DNA of 63,846 bases, filler included, from Octopus bimaculoides (Eukaryota), in assembly GCF_001194135.2 (NCBI RefSeq). It is 6 parts of 6 records of this genome, joined end to end, with 100 filler letters (N's around TTAATTAATTAA, not from the genome) between each part and the next. Parts side by side here need not be neighbours in the genome. Positions count along the whole stretch, not along the records: positions 52,983 to 62,532 come from NC_068982.1; positions 62,633 to 63,846 come from NC_068984.1; 4 more parts are not named here. The stretch is one strand, 5' to 3'. Below, piece after piece: positions 54,826 to 63,846 of this stretch (position 1 is its first letter; each line of letters begins with the position of its first letter). A model generated the notes under the pieces. That model saw only the letters and a program-made list of their open reading frames with translations, made no database searches and had not been told where the DNA came from. The position numbers and the translations under genes were made by a program.

Positions 54826-54998
54826 AGATGCCCAGGTTTTCCGCCGTGTTGGTGCCCAGGTTTCCCGCTGTGCCAGTGCCCAGGGTTTTCATAGCACCGG
54901 TGCCCAGGTTTTCCACTGCTGGATGCCCAGGCTTTCTGCTGCCAGATGCCCAGATTTTCCATTGCTGGATGCCCAGGTTTTCTGCCACCAGATGCCCA
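54826..54998. repeat. Intronic minisatellite, about 8 units of ~23 bp (TGCCCAGGTTTT core)
   Basis: TGCCCA recurs 8 times at near-regular spacing. Confidence 0.9.
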
Positions 54999-55559
54999 CT
55001 GTACTCCTTTCTGTCTTCACTAGGTTCAATGAATAATTTCTAATACTAATCATTATAGTACATAAGGGGATGTAACTTCGTTATTTGTACAAAGTTCATT
55101 GTTATAGAGCAATGCCTTTGATGCTATAAGGGATGGTAGGTTTTTCGAAGAGGTTGTGATTTTTTCATAACAATATTTAAGCCAGTACTGTCATCATCAT
55201 CATCATCATCATATGGCCATTTTCTATGCTGGCATGGGTTGGATGGCCTGTTAGAAGCTGGCAATGCCAGGAACCGCACCAGGTTCCATAATTTGTTTTA
55301 GTATGATTTCTACAGCTGAATGCCCTTCCTAATGCCAACCACTTTACAGAGTGTATTGGGTGCTTTTTATGTAACACCAGAAATGTCAGGGTCATCACGT
55401 ACCTTATAGTTTTTAACACCCCCCACCCCACCCCAATGTGCTATGTGTCTGTCAGAGGTGTCAACAGTCATGGACCTCCATTCCGAAGTCAGAAGGTTCA
55501 TGGTTATCCCCTGGAAAATACATAGCAGTGGTTTCCCTTTGCCTCTTTATTTACAGTTT

Positions 55560-55780
55560 ACTTTGCTATTCGCTTGCACTCCCCAGCTTCCACTTGAGGC
55601 ACGGGGTCTCTTTAACCCGTACGCATGGAAGCTACTTCATGTGACATCAGAGCATGTCTATACACCGATGGGCCCATGTGACACATGTCTAGGGACCAGT
55701 CTTCTTCCAAGTCCTGTTTGTCTTAGTCCCAGGACCATTATCTGTTATTTGGCCCCCAACTGGGGCCTTTGATAGATACT
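55560..55780 (-). mobile_element. Possible Ty3/Gypsy integrase C-terminal remnant
   Basis: GLGRRLVPRHVSHGP...TCSDVT...FHAYGLK is reminiscent of the GPY/F region (KLxxxWxGPY..SDVTY..HxDRLK). Heavily decayed. Confidence 0.3.
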
Positions 55781-56829
55781 AGAATTGTGACTCAGAACAG
55801 ACCTGGTGGCAGTGGTGACTAAGGGTCATTCCTCACTCCCAAAACTCTTGAACTCTCAAGCTGGAGTTTCATCGCCAGATACAGTTTAATAATCTTACCC
55901 AGGCCATCTTAATCACATTCTCAAAAACATCTTTGTCAGGATTAGAATATGGGTTTTAACATCATCATCAGACATCCATGTTTGATACTGGTATGAGTTG
56001 GACAGTTTGACAGGATCTGGTGGGTCTAAGGACTACATCATACTCCAGTGTCTACTTTGGCTTGGTTTCTATGACATTATACCCTTCCTAATGCCAGCCA
56101 TTTTACAGTATGTACTTGGTGGCTTTTTTTCATGTCGTTAGCATCAGTGAAGTTGCCATGCAAGACTACAAACCCCAAGGAGGGTAACTGTATGCTAGGA
56201 CATGAGGAGTTGAGAGGGGTGAAATATGAGAGCAGAGAAGTGGAGCAGAATAGATTTCTTGTTCCAGAGGAGCGGCATGACTATTCATATCTCAGAAGAG
56301 AGGATGGAAATGATTGGGTGGAGTTGGAAAGTGATAAAAATATTGGTGGTGAGGTGAATCTTCAAGATACAAGATTGGTGGGACTAAGTGGAGCAACGCA
56401 TGTGTGTGTCTTTGTCTTGATATCTTGGGATAGTTGTAAACGAGCCTGGTGTAGCCACCTGCCCCACCAGTCCTCAGTCAAATCGTCCAACCCATGCTAG
56501 CATGGAAAGCGGACGTTAAACGATGATGATGATGATGATGAGCGTTACTATTAAGCATAGAGGTGGTGGCCTTCATTTGCAATCTTCTGTGAAAGCATGT
56601 CCAGCCATGTGAAAATATTACCTTGCTTTGAAACAGGTGAGGACTAACAACAGGAAGAGCATCAGGTAATCAGACATCAGCCTCAGTGAATTCTCTCTGT
56701 TCCATGCAAGCCTGGAAAAGTGGGTGTTAAAAAGGTGGTAATAATGATGGTGACAAACCACTGTTATATGTTCTGTTTGTTTAATATGTTGCTGATGGTG
56801 ATAACTGAATATTTATCTATTTATTTAAG

Positions 56830-56883
56830 GGTATCCAACGTACAAAGAAAAAATCAAGAAACGTGCTCGAGGAAGGCCAGAAG
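56830..56883 (+). CDS. BTBD10: BTBD10/KCTD20 homologue, penultimate coding exon
   Basis: atttaag|GG TAT CCA ACG TAC AAA GAA AAA ATC AAG AAA CGT GCT CGA GGA AGG CCA GAA G|gtaag = (G)YPTYKEKIKKRARGRPE. Phases are compatible on both sides. Confidence 0.92.
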
Positions 56884-57389
56884 GTAAGATAGAGATCCAT
56901 TTTATTTTGCTGTTGTCTTTTCTTTCTAAGAATTCTGTTATCTTTACAGTGATTATTATTTCTGTTTCACTTTGTAGAGTTCTTGATTTTTCTTGTTCTG
57001 GCTAATTCTGTAAGAGTGCACAACAGCCTGTTGTCAAGGCTCTCATAGAGTTTTATTCCATGATACTCATCATCTGAGTACCGTTCTCAAAATCCCTGTG
57101 CCCCATAAATCAGTTTTCATTGTTTTGACGAAAATTGTTCATTGCTTGAAAAATATTGGTCAAGTTTAATAAGATTTAATATGTACTCAATGCACAAAGT
57201 GTCATTATTGGGCTCAAGGCCCAAGGAACACACACGACAGTAACTTCCGCCTACCAAATTCAATCACAAAGCTTTGGTCGGCTTGGGGCTATAGCAGAAG
57301 ACACTTGCCCAAGGTGCCACACGGTGGTAATTGAAAGAAACACAGAACATCTCAAAATACAGTAACAAAGGTTAAAGAATGGACATTAA

Positions 57390-57611
57390 CCCTTTCATTA
57401 CCAACCTGGCTGAAACCGGGTCTGGCTCTGTAGTTCAAATGTCTTGTTTTCATAAGTTTTGAATTAAAATTTTCCACCAAACCTTAGTCACAATTTATGT
57501 TCCTAACATTAGCTGAATGATAACCGAGTTATTTTATTAACTTCTTTGTTATATTTAAAATTAACTGAAAGGAACACAGAGCATCTCAAAATAAATACAC
57601 TAACGGAAAGG
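57390..57611. mobile_element. piggyBac-type MITE
   Basis: TTAA (57386-57389) | CCCTTTC ... GAAAGG | TTAA (57612-57615). A stray 3' end of the same family lies just upstream (about 57330-57375). Confidence 0.7.
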
Positions 57612-57820
57612 TTAAGCTAGTTTATAATAAATTTGAAACAATCCAATGTAGGAGCCACTTAGCAATTAATCAACCAGCTAGAAATAACAACCAAATTAGT
57701 ACCCCAGTACCATGAAAATGTAAGAAAGACACATCAGTATCATCTCCAATGTACAAAAAGATAGGAGGTTCCTGTTTGACATTACTTTTGATCCTATGTC
57801 TGTGATAACTTAGGGGCTAA

Positions 57821-58327
<507 letters not shown>

Positions 58328-60141
58328 ACTGAACAAAGAAAAAAAAAACAAAAACAAAATGCATGTCTTGATCGTGCTTGAAAAAATTTCAAACACCTTT
58401 TTTTCTCTGCAATATTGGGTTCTGCTGGTGTTTTGGTCCTTTGAATTATTACAAAATTGGGGCTCTAGAAATAATAAATAAAAGAAGCTACAATTTCTCT
58501 GTAATCTTGGACCTTGGTGGTGTATTTCTGTCCGTTCTTTGCTTATTGCAAAGCTTGACCTTGGTATAGCCTGAGTCTGATGTGTAAATATAAACATAAC
58601 AAGCAGCAAATGTAATAAAGATGAGAGAGTATGGATTTTTTTTTTATTTTTATCAATTTTTTTTTCTCTTCTGTACATGTATAGAATAAGTATGGTAGTA
58701 TACACACTCACACACATTGAATACATACATATATCTAAGCTATACTGAATACACACATATATATAATTTTGCATTTGTCTCCCTTGCTGGCATCGTTTGG
58801 ACAGGTCTTGTCGTGATCCTTTGCCACTTTGCAATAAAGACCAATTATCATTATTTATGGGGTCCTGTCTCCTCTGTTCTTTCCTCCTTGTAGGGTTTTT
58901 ATTTTATTTTTTTTTTTCCTTTTTAATATTGCTGCCAGTAACCAATTTACAGTGTGGACTGGGTGCAGTGTTATCATATATATATATATATATATACACA
59001 TACATATATAGATATAGATATATATAATGTGCCACATAAAAAGCACCCAGTACACTCTGTATAGTGGTTGGCGTTAGGAATGGCAACCAGTTATAGAAAC
59101 CATGCAAAAACAGACAATTGAAGCCTGGTGCAGCTCTCCAACTTGACAGCTCCTGTGAAACCGTCCAACCCATGCCAGCATGGAAAACGGACGTTAATGA
59201 TGATGATGATGGAAAACATGTAATGATGCGAAATATATATATATATATATATTGGCTGTAATATAATTCACACCCAAATATACTCAACACCATCTTAGAA
59301 ACCAAGACAAAATTATGGATAGCAAACAAGTTTTGTCAGGTCTTTGAGTCCATATAGTGTGGTGCCAGAACAAACACTTCCAGAATTTTCCATTTTCCAA
59401 ATGAAGTACCATCATAGGGATCCATCCTGTCTGCCATTCTTCCAGCCTATGTTTTCATGCACGTCCTTCGCATACTTCCTTAAAACACACACAGTCTCCT
59501 ACACAGATGGCATCATATTCACTTCATGTCATTCTTCACACACAATTGCTCCACACTGAATCCAAAACAACAGGCTTAAAGGAGAACCAACCAAACCCAC
59601 ACTCTGTCTGTCTCTTCTTTACCAGCAACACTGGAAAACATCAACTACAACCATTTATTATGTACCACAACATAAGCATACCACACACATATACTGAAAA
59701 CAGAAGTACTAGAAGTTACATACATCTTCTCAATGCACTTAAAAAACATAGTGAAACAATATACGCATTTCAAGCAATCACAATTACCATATTTGGCCAA
59801 CAGAGAAACAGCTGTGTACACAAACAATAGATCCTTCCCTCCTCCTCTTTCTACAACGCACAGAGCAAAGTACACTTATACACAGACCACTTACACAATT
59901 GTACTTAAATACTTACTCAGGAAAGACTGCTTGAATGTGCATAGGATACAATTTACTACTGCGATAAACTTAAAAATCTTACATTTCCTGTCACTAGAAA
60001 TATCACCTTTAATCCCTACCACAAACACATACACATACATATATATATAACATCTGAAAGCAGTACTACATCACCTAAAAACTGACTCTCCTGTATAGGT
60101 CTGACAAACATAAACACATACAAACAGCCATTCCGTATTTT

Positions 60142-60422
60142 AGAGATGAGGAATTCTGTACATTATTTACATTATTTACATTGGACGGATGTGTCCTCAT
60201 TTTATTTGTTGTTACCACAACGTTTCAGCTGATTTACTCTCCACCCTTCATCAGGTGTCCTGGTAGAATTTTGAACCCAACCTTGGGTTCTCATGCCTAG
60301 AGTATTTTTCTGCTAATGTTATTTTCATTATTATTTATTCAAGGCACTGCCTTGAATTGAACTCACAATCTTGGAGTTAGTAGCCCGCACTCTTAACCAT
60401 TACTCTATAATTGCCCATGAAT
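60142..60422 (-). mobile_element. tRNA-headed SINE-like element carrying a hammerhead ribozyme (left arm of palindrome)
   Basis: Minus strand: A-box-like TAGAGTAATGG, GCGGGCTACTAAC, B box GTTCAATTC, then CAC-CTGATGA-AGGGTGGAGAGTAAATCAGCT-GAAACGTT-GTG, ending in (TGTAAATAA)2. Confidence 0.8.
60216..60257 (-). ncRNA. Minimal type-I hammerhead ribozyme motif
   Basis: CUGAUGA and GAAAC core intact, palindromic AACGUU stem III, GUU triplet, CAC/GUG stem I. Stem II pairing is poor in this copy. Confidence 0.6.
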
Positions 60423-60656
60423 ATATAGCATAATGGTTAATAGCGCGGGCTACTAACCCCAAGATTGTGAGTTCAATTCCAAGCAGTGCCTTGAATAAAT
60501 AATAATAATATCAGCAGAAAAACATCTTAGGAATGAGAATCCAGGGTTGGGTTAAAAATTCTACCAGGACACCTGATTGAGGGTGGAGAGTAAATCAGTC
60601 GAAATGTTGTGGTAACAACAGACGATAAGGACACATATCCATCCAATGTAAATAAT
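60423..60656 (+). mobile_element. Same tRNA-headed HHR element (right arm), ribozyme core mutated
   Basis: A box TAGCATAATGG (60426-60436), B box GTTCAATTCC (60471-60480). HHR reads CTGATTGA...GAAATGTT at 60570-60611. Confidence 0.8.
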
Positions 60657-62431
60657 ACACAGACAGCCCTCTCACACACATACATAAATAGACACCCCCT
60701 CCACACACACATATGGAAATAACCATAATGTATTAATCTGAACAGTCCCAAACACTTTGCTAGCATCAGCATCATCAACAAACAGAGCAGAAAGGTGGCA
60801 ACTGTTGCCCTCTGACCAAGTCCACCTTGCTTGTTCACTGGCAGACTCTGTGGGCGTACAGAATTAGACTGGACAGTGATGAAAATGCAACACATCCAGG
60901 TTGTAGCATTGCATCCCCACACCACAAGATGCATGGCTGCATGTTGGAAGAGTGGTCAGTGTGGTCTTCAGTGAAGCATGTCCTTAATCTTCAGTTAGTC
61001 ACCTTTGGGCTTCGTATGATTGCTTGGTCAGAGATGACCTGTGATTATACAATGAGCATAGGCTCGAAACGTAAAAGACTTTCTCACTTTCCCAAGTGTC
61101 AAACTAATACACCTGCTTGTTGTTTATACACCTGTCTTTGGTTTTTCTGTAAATTTCAACTANNNNNNNNNNTATATATATATATATATATGTATATGTA
61201 TATAAAGCACTATAGCACTATCTGAACATGTACAATGCTAGGACTGCCTGACAGGCTCCTGTGCCGGTGGGATGTAAAAAATACCCACTACACTCTGAGT
61301 GGTTGGCATTAGGAAGGGCATCCAGCTGCCAGATCAGATTGGAGCCTGGTGCAGCCGCTGGCTCTCCAGACCTCAGTTAAACTGTCCAACCCATACCAGC
61401 ATCTAAAACGGACGTTAAATGATGATGATGATGATATATAGGTATATATATATTCCCAAATAAATTGCACTTCATATTTGAGGCTCTGATGAAGCTGTAA
61501 GGTTCTATCCACGCACTCAACTATGAGTCCACTGCATCTTATTGCAGAAACAGCTGTAAGCTAATGAAGTTCGTAAGGTAATCATTTATTCCTTTGTCAT
61601 CTCTTTTTCTTATTGCTGCTCTCTACTCAGCCAACACTTCATTCTGAAACCTACATATATGGAGTAATACATTGGGTTATTTGATCTTGCAATGCCTAAG
61701 TGAAATATATATATGTGTAGATATAAATATGTAGATACATACATACATACACACAAGCACATACAAGTAACTGTGCCAACAATAGATTTGGCCTCTCTAC
61801 AGAGCATAGAGTATAGCACCAACCATACTATCACAGCTCTTTCACAGACAACAACCATGGGCCATACACACATGCACACATAATACTGACATGCACTCAC
61901 GTACACACTTAGATTAATAGAAAGGGTGTGAGTGTGTGAGTACACTTTTGTGGTTCAAGAAATCCATTTTGCATATGTGTGTTCTCAGGTTCAATCCTGC
62001 AGCACTCTACCTGAAGCAAATATTTTCTACCACATCCTCAGATTGACGAACACTTTGTGAGTGTTAAATTTGGTAAACAGAAACCCGCGTGGGAGTCCAG
62101 CAGAAGGACCATATCCCTATGTTTAATGGGGAGGTAGACATAGCCTGTCGCCTAATGTAACATCATCCTCGCCCCTTATCTGGTCTTTGGGTATCTTAAA
62201 CAAAGTCCACAGTGTTAAATGCAATTGAGCCAATTTACTTGTTCTTCGCTTCCCATCAAACTCTGAATAAACTTGAGGAGAAAAAAAAGAAAGAAGAAAT
62301 CTCTGTCGAAAGAAACCTTTTTTTTGTCTTTTTATGTATTAAATAAATCCAGTTTGGTTGTTATGGTGAGGCATTTTATTGAACTGATTGTGACATTTAT
62401 TCTCTGTGAAATGAGCCTCACCATCATAAGA

Positions 62432-62464
<33 letters not shown>

Positions 62465-62472
62465 TACACCCC

Positions 62473-62509
<37 letters not shown>

Positions 62510-62532
62510 GCACACACCCCTATATATATATA

Positions 62533-62632
62533 NNNNNNNNNNNNNNNNNNNNNNNNNNNNNNNNNNNNNNNNNNNNTTAATTAATTAANNNNNNNNNNNN
62601 NNNNNNNNNNNNNNNNNNNNNNNNNNNNNNNN
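62533..62632. other. Artificial scaffold-joining spacer
   Basis: N44-TTAATTAATTAA-N44. Confidence 0.95.
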
Positions 62633-63184
62633 TATATATATAGATAGATAGATAGATAGATATATATATTGCACCTGCTTGCATAATATGCATTGTTATA
62701 TTAACCATTCACTGATAATTTTAAACAGCTGTAAAGACAAAACCTGCTTACATCATAGAAATTTTATCGTCAATTATTTTTTGTTTAGATACATTCCTTA
62801 TGCCTATAATTGTTTGTCCATCATTCTTTTTTGATATTTGTTCGATTTTGATTGCTCTTCTAGTTAAGGACTACATACTGATATGGTGACTGTCTATTCC
62901 AGGCTGGTATTAATATTTTATCTTCCATTATCTCTCTTTCTTGCTCTCATTATATATATGTGTGTGTGTGTGTGTGTCTTTTGTCTTTCAAAGACACAAA
63001 GATACATCCCCATACACATACACACAGGGCTTGTTTCACTTTCCACGTACCAAATTCACTCACAGGACTTTCATCAGCCTCAGGCTATAGTAGAAGACAC
63101 TTGGCCAAGGTGCCAAGCAGTAGAACTGAACTTGGAACCATGTGGTTTGAAAGCAAACTTCTTACCACACAACCAATCTCGCCA

Positions 63185-63470
63185 ATTGACTTAACAATTA
63201 GGTTAGTAAATATAATAATAAATTGTGGGCTAGGAAAGATAGTAGAGATTATTTCGATATACCAATGGGGGCGCCTGATTCAGCACAGGTAACTGATTTA
63301 GTAGGTATATATTTATTACCTGAACTTGAACTTGTAAACTTAAAATTGGAGGGTGGTTTATATAGGGATGATCTTTTATTACTTACTAAAAATTGTACTA
63401 ATAGAAAATTAGAATTATATAAGAAGAGAATATATAGTTTTTTAAAAAAGAAATGGTTTAAAAATTACTA
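63185..63470 (+). pseudogene. Penelope-like (Naiad-type) RT core fragment
   Basis: YFDIPMGAPDSAQVTDLVGIYLL...GGLYRDDLL: PLE RT motif 4 (MG) and the catalytic YRDD. Confidence 0.88.
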
Positions 63471-63510
63471 TTTATATATATTTATTTATTATAATTATTG
63501 TTCTATTTAC

Positions 63511-63624
63511 GACCTGAAGATTAGCTGTATTTTGGAATAGAATTTATTTTCAATAATTTTAATTGATTTTAATCGATTTAAATTTCCTTTCTATTTGAAA
63601 ATTAGTTATGAAACACGTGTAGTC
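63511..63624 (+). ncRNA. Type-I hammerhead-like motif with long AT-rich stem II insertion
   Basis: GAC-CTGAAGA-TTAGCT...AGTTAT-GAA-ACACGTGT-A-GTC. Palindromic stem III, GUA triplet, GAC/GTC stem I. The 10.1/11.1 pair is U/U (non-canonical). Confidence 0.55.
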
Positions 63625-63846
63625 ATTTTACTATCTTTATCTTATGATATTTACTTTGTTTTATATTATACTCATTTATTGTGCTTTTAATTATTAATTT
63701 TTCTATATGTGATAGTGGATTTTCATCGATGAGTTCTTGAAACTTGGTTCTTTTCCCTAAAACTATATATATATATATATTTCATTTTTTTTCATTTTCA
63801 TTTTATCTAGTTTCAGCTCATGAGCTGTGACCATGCTGGGGCACCG

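Noticed and set aside
60423-60490. Functional tRNA gene (also heads at 42789, 44377, 50890)
   Set aside because: No acceptor-stem closure. Each continues into a repeat body, so these are SINE heads.

Overview
AT-rich, microsatellite-dense animal genomic DNA. The SINE/LINE repertoire resembles an octopus or other coleoid cephalopod (inference from repeat content). The window is not one locus: five identical 100-nt spacers (N44-TTAATTAATTAA-N44) join six independent pieces (1-8938, 9039-37903, 38004-48311, 48412-52882, 52983-62532, 62633-63846). Host genes are fragments only: two exons of PTPN23/HD-PTP and the last three coding exons of a BTBD10/KCTD20 homologue with a Gly-rich C-terminal extension. 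The rest is mostly mobile DNA: CR1-like, RTE and R4/Dong-like LINE remnants, Naiad-type Penelope-like elements (PLEs), an internally deleted Helitron, a THAP+SAP two-gene TIR transposon, MULE/hAT/piggyBac-type MITEs and several tRNA-derived SINE families. The best candidate for an undescribed system is a set of minimal type-I hammerhead ribozyme (HHR) motifs: one inside a tRNA-headed SINE-like element present as a head-to-head palindrome (60142-60656) and two beside PLE fragments (8192-8250, 63511-63624). Most listed six-frame ORFs are microsatellite or N-gap artefacts. No rRNA, true tRNA or CRISPR array is supported. All family assignments come from recalled motifs, not from database searches.
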